Below, piece by piece: positions 39,877 to 49,945 of a stretch of 64,000 nucleotides of DNA (position 1 is the first letter of the stretch; each line of letters opens with the position of its first letter). The stretch spans positions 608,001 through 672,000 of the forward strand of contig OZ219801.1 of assembly GCA_964291655.2 (NCBI GenBank), read 5' to 3'. Made by a program: the position numbers and the translations under genes. The notes beneath the pieces were generated by a model that saw nothing but the letters and a program-made list of their open reading frames with translations, was not told where the DNA came from and did no database searches. Origin of the DNA: Chloroflexota bacterium (lineage in GTDB: Bacteria > Chloroflexota > UBA11872 > VXOZ01).

Positions 39877-41358
39877 CTAATGCCTTACGTCTATCTGCCA
39901 GTATTCAGTATGCGCGCCGGGTTGGTTCTGGTTGCGCATGTCGGCATCGGGCACGTGCACCGCATCCCGCACCGGCAGGTCGTTGTCCTCCAGATACTTC
40001 CCGCCGCGGGCCCGTTGCCGGCGTATAAGCTCATCCCGCAGCTCTTCTCTCTTGGCGGCGGCGCTGCGCTCGTAGGCAAGGTTCCGCGCTTCTTGCGGAT
40101 CCGCCTCCAATTCGAAGAGCAACTCAGCGGGACCCTCGGGATAATACATATACTTCCAGCGGCCGTCCGTAAGCGCCAGATAGACACAGTCCAGGCGCAG
40201 GTCCTTGCCGGTGGGCCCCGGGCCGTTCATTCCTTCCAGGTACTTTCGCGGCGACTCATGCTCGCCCCGCGCCACGGCGACGAGATCTTGGCCGTCGGTG
40301 TCAGCCGGTGGTTCGCCTCCCGCCGCTTTTAACAGCGTGGGCAGTATGTCGGCATGGGTGACCGGAGACGACACCTGCGTACCGTGGCAACGGTTGTCCC
40401 AGCTACTTGGCAGGCGCATAGCAAAAGGCACGTGCGCCGACGGCTCGTGAAAGTGGCTCTTGGCGCCCGCGCGGTGGTCGCCCAGAAACTCGCCATGATC
40501 GGAAGTATAGACGATGAGTGTCTCGTGATAGAGCGCCAGGTCTTCCAAGGCGCTGTAGACGCGCGCCATGTTGTAGTCAATCTGGGTAATCAAACCGTAG
40601 TACGCTGAGCGCGCCTCACGAATAACCTCCGGCGATAGCAGGTCGTACGTGCGGCGCTTCTGCTGCTTGGCAAAAGCCTGCGGGCACTCCTCTGTTTCCC
40701 GCCAGTCACCGATGACCGGATCGGGGATAGCCTCCTGGCGGTACATCGAGTAGTAGGGTTCAGGTGGATCAAACGGCGGATGCGGTTTGGTAAAAGAACA
40801 CCAGAGAAAGAATGGCACCGACGGATCGCGGCGAAAGTGTATGTAATTCATACATTGCTCGGCAATCCACGAGGTCAAGGTGAGCGCTTCCGGCACCGTG
40901 GCCATACCCGGGTAAAGCTCGTTCTGGCCGAGGCCGTGCCGCATGGGCTGGAAGTCATTGCCCGAATGGCGCATCTCGCGGTAGTAGTCGTCGGGCAGGA
41001 TCATCTCATCGAAACCGTGCCGCGCGCGTTCCGGTCCGAAGTGCATCTTGCCGATGGCGATCGTCTGATAGCCTAGTTCGCGCAGATACCACGGCAGCGT
41101 GCCTTCTCGACCCAGTATCTTCGAGGTGATGCCGTTGCCGCTCATGCCATGGGTAAACACCTGCTTGCCGGTCATGATGCCCATGCGCGAGGGCACGCAG
41201 ACCGGATCATCCGAATAGCCCCTGGTGAACGTAATACCTTCGTGGCGCAAGCGGTCGAAGTGCGGCGTGCGGAGAAAGGACGGACCCGCACCGCCGGAGG
41301 CGTCATAGCGCTGCTGGTCGGTGGTGATGAGGAGGATGTTTGGTTGTTCTGCAGCCAC
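39877..41358 (-). CDS. Formylglycine-dependent sulfatase (S1)
   Basis: PNILLITTDQ, CVPSR, GKMH, KPHPP, SDHGE. Confidence 0.93.
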   Translation of the reverse strand: MAAEQPNILLITTDQQRYDASGGAGPSFLRTPHFDRLRHEGITFTRGYSDDPVCVPSRMGIMTGKQVFTHGMSGNGITSKILGREGTLPWYLRELGYQTIAIGKMHFGPERARHGFDEMILPDDYYREMRHSGNDFQPMRHGLGQNELYPGMATVPEALTLTSWIAEQCMNYIHFRRDPSVPFFLWCSFTKPHPPFDPPEPYYSMYRQEAIPDPVIGDWRETEECPQAFAKQQKRRTYDLLSPEVIREARSAYYGLITQIDYNMARVYSALEDLALYHETLIVYTSDHGEFLGDHRAGAKSHFHEPSAHVPFAMRLPSSWDNRCHGTQVSSPVTHADILPTLLKAAGGEPPADTDGQDLVAVARGEHESPRKYLEGMNGPGPTGKDLRLDCVYLALTDGRWKYMYYPEGPAELLFELEADPQEARNLAYERSAAAKREELRDELIRRQRARGGKYLEDNDLPVRDAVHVPDADMRNQNQPGAHTEYWQIDVRH

Positions 41359-41370
41359 GGCTTATCCCCT

Positions 41371-42396
41371 CTACAACTCCTGATACGCCTCGACCACGTT
41401 CTGCCATGCCAACGCCGGATCGCCGCCCCAGTCGTAGAGCGTGCCGCCCGGCTCGCCGAGGAACGACCATACGGCGAGCATGTCCGCCCCCATCTCCGCC
41501 GCCGCCAGCAGGCTGCGCTTCACGTCGGGCTCTCTGTTCGGCGGAATCCAGATCGACTGCACCCAGATCTGGCACGGTTTACCGTATTTGTGCGAAAGGT
41601 CGATGGCCTTACGGGTATTGTGCTCGAAGTACTCCCAGTCGCCGCCGTGGCGGTGGATCCAGTACGGATCGGTGGAAAAGACGTCCACCTCAGGCACCGC
41701 GACAAAGGGCTCCCAATCGTCAACACCGTACCAGCCGGGACCGGAGGACGGGTGGTTTCCACTTTCGTCCAAGGGCATGAGACAAAGCACGTTCTCACCG
41801 CCGCCAACCTCCTTGCTGGCACGAATGAGTCTGGTCAGGAAGACCAGCAGGGAGTCTTGCCGAAACTGGCGCACGTCGGCGTCGAGTTGAATTGGCATCG
41901 CCCGACGGAAGCGACGCGAAAACCCTTCCTGGCAGGAGGAACAACGGCACGCCCAGACGTCGGGAAAGTTGCTATCGCTGGAAAAGTGTGGCTCGTCCCA
42001 GAAGACGCCGTCCGGCGCAAAGTGCGCGATGATCTCCCGCGCACGCTCCTCCATCCACGCGGCGAACTCCGGGTTGTTCGGACACGCCATGGCCTCGGAG
42101 GACCGGACGCCATTTGAGAAATGCTGCGCGGCCGACGGGTTTTCCAGGAGATAGCGCGTCGACTGGATGTAGGAAGCAAACGCGCCAAAGCCGTGCCAGT
42201 TCAGATAGACCTTGAGACCCAACTCCCGTGCTTTCTCCACGATTCGTTCGCGGGCCGCCCGGAAGACGTACCAGTCGCTCTCGTTCAAGGTCATATTGAT
42301 CGAGGTGCAGCCTGCGGCCTTGATCTCTTCCAGGTCTTGATCGTTGTGGTGCGGGTACCACCCACCGGGATAGGCGACGTTCTTATCTACGACCAT
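41371..42396 (-). CDS. Uncharacterised TIM-barrel, glycoside-hydrolase-like protein
   Basis: DLEEIKAAGCT, ACPNNPEF, DGVFWDEPH, CRCSSC..F, FSTDPYW. Confidence 0.65.
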   Translation of the reverse strand: MVVDKNVAYPGGWYPHHNDQDLEEIKAAGCTSINMTLNESDWYVFRAARERIVEKARELGLKVYLNWHGFGAFASYIQSTRYLLENPSAAQHFSNGVRSSEAMACPNNPEFAAWMEERAREIIAHFAPDGVFWDEPHFSSDSNFPDVWACRCSSCQEGFSRRFRRAMPIQLDADVRQFRQDSLLVFLTRLIRASKEVGGGENVLCLMPLDESGNHPSSGPGWYGVDDWEPFVAVPEVDVFSTDPYWIHRHGGDWEYFEHNTRKAIDLSHKYGKPCQIWVQSIWIPPNREPDVKRSLLAAAEMGADMLAVWSFLGEPGGTLYDWGGDPALAWQNVVEAYQEL

Positions 42397-42499
42397 GTGC
42401 CGCTACTTTCCATCTGTGCCAAAGAATAGTAATCGTTGCGCGGGGCATGTACGTGTAGTTGACTGTCAATCCGTCATTACCATGAAAGCAGGCTATCAT

Positions 42500-42785
42500 A
42501 CCGTTCGCCCCCGTATCCGGTACGGGGCAGGCTCTGAGCCTGCCTGTCCCGAACTTGTCGAAGGGCCGAACGGTGAACGGCGGAGGCGATTAACCGACTT
42601 CGCCTCTCCTCTCTCCTTTCACGCTTCAACAAGCCTGTACTGGGCTTCCCGAAGTGCTCAGCACGAACGCGGGGGTTCATTTTTCATTCCCTTGTGTAGC
42701 CTGAGCAGGGCCGTGGTCACTCTCGCTTCCGCGGGAATCCATCTTTTCCGCGTGCCCTGGACTCCGGCTTTCGCCGGAGTGACGG
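42500..42785. repeat. Cluster of REP-A, REP-C and family F elements
   Basis: CCGTTCGCCC..., GTCGAAGGGCCGAACGG, GCTCAGCACGAAC, TTCATTCCCTTGTGTAGCCT (reverse relative near 60382-60425), GACTCCGGCTTTCGCCGGAGTGAC. Confidence 0.75.
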
Positions 42786-42791
42786 ATTCAG

Positions 42792-43916
42792 CTAGCGAAT
42801 CTTTCCTCGCGCCCAGATCGGCCAGATGGCGACCACCTCGCCGTTGCGGTGCATTACGACTTCATCAAAGTTGTTCGTCGCGCCGCAAGCGTGATTAGGG
42901 ATAACGGACACGCGTTCGCCTATCTCAGGTGTGCGTTCACACAAGCTCACATCCACGTGGCCGTGTTCCTCCGATTGCGCGAACATGCGTGCTTCCGGGT
43001 ACTCGATAATGTGGCAGAACGTGCTGCGCGGATCGCCCACCTGCGGCATGTCGCTCGTAAATGTCTTGGTGCCGCCGTCGAGAATGACGCGCTCCGGCGT
43101 CGGCTTGCTTACCACCGTGCAGATAAAGCGCTGAGCGCACTGTTCGTAGGTCATCACGCCGTTGCCAACAGTGTTGCGGTCGCCGTAGTTGAACGTCCCG
43201 ACGCGCACCTCAGTTGCGTGAGGGATGCGATGCAGGTCGTGGAAGTCCACCGACCCGCCGCCGCTCACGATCCCAACCGGCATGCCATTGCGCTCGAAGT
43301 GCTCGCGCGCCGCGACAGTCTTCTCCTGCTGCTCCGGCTTGGTAGACGGATACACCATCAAACCGCGAAAGTGCACACCGGGCAGCTTATCAATGATTCT
43401 CGCCAGCGACAGCGCGTCCTCTTGGGTCGGCACGCCCGTGCGTTCGAAATTTGGCATGGCAAGCTCAACGACGAGGTTGATCGGATGATTGGGATCGGCA
43501 TAGGCAGAAATGCCGCGGGCAGTGTATTCCGAATCGACGGTGAGGGTAATGTCCGTAAGCTGCGATACCGCCCGCAGACGCTCAAGCTTTTGCGCGCCCA
43601 TCACGTTGTAGCAAAGCATGATGTCGCCGGTGATGCCGGCCTCCACCATCACTTCGACCTCGCCCAACTTCTGGCACGCGATGCCGGTGGCGCCGGCGTC
43701 GAGCTGCATCTTGGCGATGTAGGTCACTTTGTGGGTCTTGATGTGGGGGCGGTTATTCAGGCCGTGGGTGTTGCAATACGCCTGTAGTTCATTGATGTTC
43801 GCCTGCAGCTTGTCCATGTCCACGACCATGGCCGGTGTATCGAGGTCATCGATCGTCAGGGGTTTGCCCCGGGTAGGAACAGCCGTCGCACTGGTTGATT
43901 GTGCCGCACTTGTCAT
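42792..43916 (-). CDS. D-threonine aldolase/D-serine dehydratase-like PLP enzyme (alanine racemase fold)
   Basis: LDTPA, RPHIKTHK, CQKLGE, RTGV, EVRVG, DGGTK, SEEHG, PNHAC. Confidence 0.92.
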   Translation of the reverse strand: MTSAAQSTSATAVPTRGKPLTIDDLDTPAMVVDMDKLQANINELQAYCNTHGLNNRPHIKTHKVTYIAKMQLDAGATGIACQKLGEVEVMVEAGITGDIMLCYNVMGAQKLERLRAVSQLTDITLTVDSEYTARGISAYADPNHPINLVVELAMPNFERTGVPTQEDALSLARIIDKLPGVHFRGLMVYPSTKPEQQEKTVAAREHFERNGMPVGIVSGGGSVDFHDLHRIPHATEVRVGTFNYGDRNTVGNGVMTYEQCAQRFICTVVSKPTPERVILDGGTKTFTSDMPQVGDPRSTFCHIIEYPEARMFAQSEEHGHVDVSLCERTPEIGERVSVIPNHACGATNNFDEVVMHRNGEVVAIWPIWARGKIR

Positions 43917-44018
43917 GTTCGCCTCGCCTTCCGACTTCGTTGACACGTAGTATGCATACGATACCATAGAAGCACTCATCTCTCCGTTCTAGCCGCGGCC
44001 GTTACAGAAGGGCAACAG

Positions 44019-44948
44019 TTGACCACTCCTGCTTCACAATACGCTGACCTCGCGGGCAACATTCCCACTATTGCTACGCCCATGCGTGACGGCGCGGTCG
44101 ACCATGACAGCTTACGGAGTCTGTTGGCGTACATTGACCCATACGTTGACGGTTATCTTTCCTGCGGCAGTGTGGGCGAAGGGGCGAGTTTGACACTGGA
44201 AGAACGTATCGCAGTCATGGAGACCGTAGCCGCATGCCGTGACACAACCGGCTCCAGGCGCACGTGGTTCTTTGGCACGTCGGGCACGGCACTCCCTGAG
44301 ATTGAGCGCCTGGTGGCTGCCTGTGTGGACCACGGCGTGGACGGGCTGCTCACACCCCAGCCGTCGTATTTTGCTATTTCACCCCCCATGCCGCAGCGAT
44401 TCTTTGCCGCCGTCGCGGGTATGAGCGACCTGCCAGTCGTCATTTATGACAACCCCTACCCCACCAGCTACTATCTTGGCACAGACGAAATCATCGAGTT
44501 GGTGGCCGAGAATGCCACCATCGTCGGCGTGAAAGTTACCGATCCCAACGTGCAGAAGGTGAGCGCGCTGAAGTCACGCAGCGACATGCTCGTTTACAGC
44601 GGCGACGACTTCATCGCCTGGCGCATGCTCTGCCGCGGGGCCGACGGCGCCATGCTGGCCTATCCCATGATCTTGCCGGAGACGTTTGCACGCATGTATC
44701 GCCTACATCAAGAGGGCCGCCGCGAAGACGCGTTCACGGTCTGGTCGCGGGAGATCCTGCCCTTTGTCAACGAGTGCCTGCGTGATACCGATTATGTGCA
44801 GACCAGCAAGGCCGCGCTCAACCGCCTGGGCGTATTCGGCTCAGCCGAGATGCGACTGCCGTTGACACCCTTGGATGGTACACGCTGGCAGGAGGTGGAT
44901 GAGGCGCTTGCGTTCATTCCTGAAGCGCGGCTAAGAATTCAGGTGTAG
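44019..44948 (+). CDS. Dihydrodipicolinate synthase-family aldolase/dehydratase
   Basis: TPM, CGSVGEG, IYDNP, GVKVT, YSGDD. Confidence 0.9.
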   Translation: MTTPASQYADLAGNIPTIATPMRDGAVDHDSLRSLLAYIDPYVDGYLSCGSVGEGASLTLEERIAVMETVAACRDTTGSRRTWFFGTSGTALPEIERLVAACVDHGVDGLLTPQPSYFAISPPMPQRFFAAVAGMSDLPVVIYDNPYPTSYYLGTDEIIELVAENATIVGVKVTDPNVQKVSALKSRSDMLVYSGDDFIAWRMLCRGADGAMLAYPMILPETFARMYRLHQEGRREDAFTVWSREILPFVNECLRDTDYVQTSKAALNRLGVFGSAEMRLPLTPLDGTRWQEVDEALAFIPEARLRIQV

Positions 44949-45250
44949 CGGATCACGCACGCTGAATTGGAGTTCAATGCACCCCGGTAATGCCCACGTT
45001 GTACATCGGTCAAGTAAAACAGTCCGCACGAAAGCACTGGGCCGGTCGGAAGTACGTTCAGATCCGCCGGAACGGCTGACAGGTTGCAACCGTTCGTGCT
45101 GAGCCCGTCGAAGCATGAACGGTCGCTTAGCACCTGCCTAGCTGATTGAATTCAGACTATTGATTGTGATGTGCCCATTCTTCGCACATCTCGCCCGCAT
45201 GTGGCAAAGTGAACGGTATTGAAAGATTCGGGCCCAAAAGGAGACCGCTC

Positions 45251-46552
45251 ATGGCCGATCCGGCGCAACAAATCGATGATTGGGTAGACGCCCACCAAGA
45301 CGAACTCGTTCAATTCTTGCAACAGCTTGTGCAGATACCCTCGGAATCCCTTCCGCCCGAGGGGCACGAGGCCGCCGCTCAGGAATTCGTGGCCGGTGCA
45401 TTCCGTCAGGCCGGAGCGGAAGTAGACGTCTTTGATCCCATTGACGTGCCGGGTCTCACCGAGCATCCAGTCTACCATCCGGTCTGGGGCGACATGCCGC
45501 GCAACTTGGAAAACCGCCCCTGCGTCGTCGGTGTTTTTCGCGGCTCCGGCGGCGGCAAGTCAATTCTTATGTCTAGCCATATTGACACAGTTGGCGCCGA
45601 CGATCCCGCCCTTTGGACGGAAGCGGCACCATTCAGCGCTGAGATAATTGACGGCAAAATGTACGGCCGCGGCACTTATGATACGAAGGCCGGCATCGCC
45701 ACCGCCCTCTTTGCTGTTCGCTGTTTGCGCGATCTCGGACTTCCGCTCAAGGGCGACGTCATTGTCGAAAGCGTCTCGGACGAAGAATTTGGCGGCTCTC
45801 ACGGCACCCTGGCGTGTCGACTCAAAGGCTACAACGCCGACATCGCCATCAATTGCGAACCGACGAACATGCACGTCGCGGCAGCGACACGCGGCGGCGG
45901 CCAGTGGAAAATTACCGTGCAGGGCGAAGCGGGCATGGCGCTCGGCGGCGTTGAGCGCGTAAGCTCATCGTACAAGATCGCCTGGGTCATCGAGGCGCTG
46001 CGCCAGTACAACCTCAAGCGCAATGCGGATATTCCCACGCCGCCGCTCTACGCCCATGAGCCGGGACTGCCGCTCTACGTCTCGCAAATCGGCGGCGGCG
46101 GCGACACATTTGCCGAAGACCAGGGCGCCGCGCCTCCCTCGTGCTACGCCAACATGTGGTGTGAAGTTTACGCCGGTACGACCGCGGAAGAGCACGCGAA
46201 CGAGATCAAGACCTTCGTGAACAGCTATCTCGACGGCATCGAGGGTTTCGACGGCGAGTATCCGGAGTACGAATTGGAATTGCGCTTCCTACCGGGCAGC
46301 GAGACCAGCACCGACCACCCCATCTTCGCGCACCTTGAAGACGCCTACCAATCGGCCGACCGCGAGTATCTTGTCCAAGGCGCGCCGTTTGCCTCCGACG
46401 GCTACGTCTTCAACCTGCACAGCCCGACGCCGGTCGTTACCGTTGGCGTCGGCGGCGACAACGCCCACGCGCCCAACGAGTACATCTACGTGCAAGACCT
46501 TATCGACCTGACCCGCATCTTCGCGCGTACGATGGTCTCATGGTGTGGCTAG
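45251..46552 (+). CDS. M20 family metallo-amidohydrolase (ArgE/DapE-like)
   Basis: SHIDTV, YGRGTYDTKAG, DEE.GG, CEPT, AHAPNEY. Confidence 0.93.
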   Translation: MADPAQQIDDWVDAHQDELVQFLQQLVQIPSESLPPEGHEAAAQEFVAGAFRQAGAEVDVFDPIDVPGLTEHPVYHPVWGDMPRNLENRPCVVGVFRGSGGGKSILMSSHIDTVGADDPALWTEAAPFSAEIIDGKMYGRGTYDTKAGIATALFAVRCLRDLGLPLKGDVIVESVSDEEFGGSHGTLACRLKGYNADIAINCEPTNMHVAAATRGGGQWKITVQGEAGMALGGVERVSSSYKIAWVIEALRQYNLKRNADIPTPPLYAHEPGLPLYVSQIGGGGDTFAEDQGAAPPSCYANMWCEVYAGTTAEEHANEIKTFVNSYLDGIEGFDGEYPEYELELRFLPGSETSTDHPIFAHLEDAYQSADREYLVQGAPFASDGYVFNLHSPTPVVTVGVGGDNAHAPNEYIYVQDLIDLTRIFARTMVSWCG

Positions 46553-46760
46553 CAGGGGGCATATTGAGGATTCTTAGGACGTAGTCGCGGACAGACCACC
46601 CGTTCGTCCTTCGACAGGCTCAGGACGAACGGATGCGGGCGCATTCCAACGATAACCTTCCGCCCATAGCTATTGCGTCTGTCCTGAGCCAGCCAAAGCG
46701 TCTAGTCACGTACGACGTTGAACCGAAAAAACGGGTATTTTAACCTAGTGAGGTCTTGCC

Positions 46761-48173
46761 ATGCAGCAACCCCATATACTCCTGATCACGTCGGATCAGC
46801 ATCGTGGTGATCATCTCGGCATCAACGGGCATCCGGTGGTCAGCGCGCCCAATCTCGACTACCTCGCCGCCTCCGGCACCAACTTCCCGCGCGCCTATGT
46901 GGAAGGGCCGTCCTGCATTGCCGCGCGCCGCACGCTGCTTTCCGGTCAAAAACCCGTAACCCACGGCATGGTGACATATTGGGACGGCGTGCCGTGGGAG
47001 ATTGAGCACACGCTGCCCGGTGAGCTGGGCAAAGCCGGCTACCAGACCCAGCTCGTCGGCAAACTGCACATGCACCCGCCGCGCAAGCGCTACGGGTTTG
47101 ATCACGTGGCGTGGGCCGATTCGCCGTGGGGCGAAAATGACTACACGTTCTGGTTGCAGGAAAACGGCATCCAGTCCGTGTCGCCGGGCGTCGCCCACGG
47201 ACAAGACATGAACTCCTGGGTCGCTCGTCCTTCCCATCTGCCGGAAGAGATGGAGCACACCACCTGGTGCACCGACCAGGCCATGCGATTCCTGGACCGG
47301 CGCGATCCCTCGGCGCCTTTCTTTCTCTATGTATCGTATTTTGCGCCCCATCCGCCGCTCACACCGCCGCAGTTCTACTACGATCGCTACCTGTCTCTAC
47401 CCACGCCTGAGCCCGTCGTTGGCGACTGGGCGGACCAGTACGACGGTCCGGTGCCGGGGCTCGACCCCAATGCGCCCCGCGGCTCGTGGGATCCAGAGGC
47501 CATGCACCGCTGCCGCGCGGCGTACTATGGTTTGATCAACTTCCTTGACGACCAGGTCGCCCGCCTGCTGCAGCACGTGCGCAAGCTCGGTCTCTTACAG
47601 GATACATTGATACTCTACACCTCCGACCACGGTGAAATGCTCGGCGACCACAATCTCTTCCGCAAGACGTTTGCCTACGAGGGCTCCGCCCGCATCCCCT
47701 TCTTCGTCAATGCGCCAAGCTGGCTCGCAGGTGAGGGCGGCGCAGCCAGTGCAAATGTGGTGGGGCTGCAAGACGTGATGCCAACGCTGCTCGACGCGGC
47801 AGGGGCAGAAGTCCCCGAAACCGTTGACGGCGCCAGCCTGCTGCCCCTGATGCGCGGGGAAGATTCCACATGGCGCGACTACCTCCACGGCGAACACCTG
47901 GGCACTTACCGTCCGGAAGACGCCATGCAGTACCTTACCGATGGCAAGGAGAAGTTCATCTGGTACACGGTGACGGGCGAGGAGCAACTATTCAATTTGG
48001 TTGACGATCCGCAAGAATGCCGCAATCTTGCGCCTGTATCCGGCCACAAGAATCGCTTGGCGTTCTGGCGTGCGCGCATGGTCCACGAACTCACCGGCCG
48101 CCCCGAAGGCTACACAGACGGCCAAACCCTCATCCCCGGCCGGCGCCCGAACGCCTTCCAACCCGATGAATAG
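46761..48173 (+). CDS. Formylglycine-dependent sulfatase (S1)
   Basis: PHILLITSDQ, CIAAR, GKLH, APHPP, SDHGEMLGDH. Confidence 0.93.
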   Translation: MQQPHILLITSDQHRGDHLGINGHPVVSAPNLDYLAASGTNFPRAYVEGPSCIAARRTLLSGQKPVTHGMVTYWDGVPWEIEHTLPGELGKAGYQTQLVGKLHMHPPRKRYGFDHVAWADSPWGENDYTFWLQENGIQSVSPGVAHGQDMNSWVARPSHLPEEMEHTTWCTDQAMRFLDRRDPSAPFFLYVSYFAPHPPLTPPQFYYDRYLSLPTPEPVVGDWADQYDGPVPGLDPNAPRGSWDPEAMHRCRAAYYGLINFLDDQVARLLQHVRKLGLLQDTLILYTSDHGEMLGDHNLFRKTFAYEGSARIPFFVNAPSWLAGEGGAASANVVGLQDVMPTLLDAAGAEVPETVDGASLLPLMRGEDSTWRDYLHGEHLGTYRPEDAMQYLTDGKEKFIWYTVTGEEQLFNLVDDPQECRNLAPVSGHKNRLAFWRARMVHELTGRPEGYTDGQTLIPGRRPNAFQPDE

Positions 48174-48231
48174 ATTGGCCCGGTAGCCTCGACTTCACGT
48201 TCTCGTTCCTGCAAACCGGCTAACCGCTATG

Positions 48232-48472
48232 CCGTAGCGCGGGGGCTTGTCCCCCGCTCATTGGGTTGTAACTCTCCGTAAGGTGAAGATGGATGCCCGC
48301 TGGCGCGGTCGTGACATTCCAGGCTGGCGAGACGCGCCCTTGCCACCAACTACCTGCCTGCAACCTGGGCGCCATCATCGCCTGATCCCGTAGCGCGGGG
48401 GCTTGTCCCCCGCTCTTTAGGTTGAAACATTCCGCCTTGACAGGATGGATGCCCGCTGGCGCGGGCATGACG
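48232..48472. repeat. Two ~84-bp direct repeats, each starting with REP-E
   Basis: CCGTAGCGCGGGGGCTTGTCCCCCGCTC...GATGGATGCCCGCTGGCGCGG..TGAC at 48232 and 48388. Confidence 0.85.
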
Positions 48473-48512
48473 GCCTGTAGCTGCTCCCCCCTTAGGTCCG
48501 CAGCCATTAATT

Positions 48513-48548
48513 GCACAGAGGCGCTCCGTATCGGAAACGCCTCTGCGC
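48513..48548. terminator. Hairpin terminator downstream of the sugar SBP gene
   Basis: GCACAGAGGCG-loop-CGCCTCTGCGC. Confidence 0.55.
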
Positions 48549-48571
48549 AATTGGCTCTAAGACTAATTCTG

Positions 48572-49945
48572 CTAGCTAATCACACCCAGCCGCTTGAGCT
48601 CTACTTGCTCATCGTCTAGGATTCCATTGCCGATGCTGACCGCGGTGGCAACGGCTTCATCCATGGTCACCTCGTTGTCCACGGCCTTGTTAAGCTCGGC
48701 CGGGATGGCGCTGTTCCACTCCAGGGTGGAGTACGACTGCGGGTAGTCGAAGCCCCAATCCATGGAGTCGAGGAATTTCTGCGCCAGTTCGGGGAACTCG
48801 TTATTGGCGGTCCAATTGCGAGAGCCCTTCCAACTGCCGGGCATGGTGAATTCGGCGGTGGAGTTCTCGCCGGTGTCCGAGGTGGTGGCGTACTTGATGA
48901 ACGCCCATGAATGGTCGGGTGTTGGCACTTGGTCACCGGCCGAGAATGACGAACCGTGCACCACATTGGCCTGGCGGGCATTCCGCGGCAGGTACTGCAC
49001 ACCCCAGTTGATGTGGTCCAACGGTGCCAGATGGCCGAATTCCCACGGGCCGCTGGCGCGGAACGTAAGCAAGCCGTTGTGGAACATATCCCGCTTGCCG
49101 CCGGCGTCGGAGGCCTCCGGACGCGTGGGCGCCACGCCATGCTGGTGAATGAGACCATGCATGAAATTGAAGGCTGCCAGTCCCTCCGGCTGACCGAAGA
49201 GAAACTCTGTCTTGTCCTTGCTCAGAATCTCGCCGCCGTTCGCCAGAACGTAATTGTAGCCTTCGGTCTGGCCCCAAACTGAGACATACGTGCCCCAGCG
49301 CTCCGGCGTTTCGCCCTGGCGGATGGTGAGCTTCTGCGACATCTCCAACCAGTCGTCAAACGTCCAGTCCTCCGCCGGCTCGTCCAGCCCCGCTTCACCC
49401 AGGTGCTCACGGTTGTAGTACATGCCGATGGTGGCGTGGAAGTTCGGAAGACCCCAGACCTTGCCGAACAAGGTGTAGACGTTCACGAGATAACCCGGGA
49501 AGGTCTCCAGCATATCGATGCCGTCGGCCTTGACGTAAGGCGAGAGATCGTAGAGGATGTTGTTCGCCGCGTGGAACATGATGTTCGGGCCGTTCATGAT
49601 CATCACGTCAAACGGCGTGCCCGCGGCGGCGGACGTCTTGAGCTTCGGCCAATATTCTGCCCACGCCGTAATGTCGATGGAGAGGTCGATTTCTGCGCCG
49701 ACCTCCTGCCTGTAGCCGTCAATACACCGCTGGTAGTCGCCGCCCTGCGCCTCCGTGTAACAGATCGCATTGAGCAACACCGTCTCCGGTTCTGCCGGTT
49801 TTGCTTCTTCCGCCGGCTTCTCAGCCATTTCCGTGTCCGGCTCGCCCGTCATTGTGGCTTGGCCGCACGCTGCGAGCAACAGAGCGCTGCTTCCCCCAAG
49901 CAGGCCGGCAAGTACGCCACGTCGAGAAATTCTGCTCTGACGCAT
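48572..49945 (-). CDS. Sugar ABC substrate-binding Tat lipoprotein
   Basis: SRRGVL twin-Arg, LAAC lipobox, DLSPY, YYNRE, WT.DD, G.W; AAGGAG RBS. Confidence 0.92.
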   Translation of the reverse strand: MRQSRISRRGVLAGLLGGSSALLLAACGQATMTGEPDTEMAEKPAEEAKPAEPETVLLNAICYTEAQGGDYQRCIDGYRQEVGAEIDLSIDITAWAEYWPKLKTSAAAGTPFDVMIMNGPNIMFHAANNILYDLSPYVKADGIDMLETFPGYLVNVYTLFGKVWGLPNFHATIGMYYNREHLGEAGLDEPAEDWTFDDWLEMSQKLTIRQGETPERWGTYVSVWGQTEGYNYVLANGGEILSKDKTEFLFGQPEGLAAFNFMHGLIHQHGVAPTRPEASDAGGKRDMFHNGLLTFRASGPWEFGHLAPLDHINWGVQYLPRNARQANVVHGSSFSAGDQVPTPDHSWAFIKYATTSDTGENSTAEFTMPGSWKGSRNWTANNEFPELAQKFLDSMDWGFDYPQSYSTLEWNSAIPAELNKAVDNEVTMDEAVATAVSIGNGILDDEQVELKRLGVIS

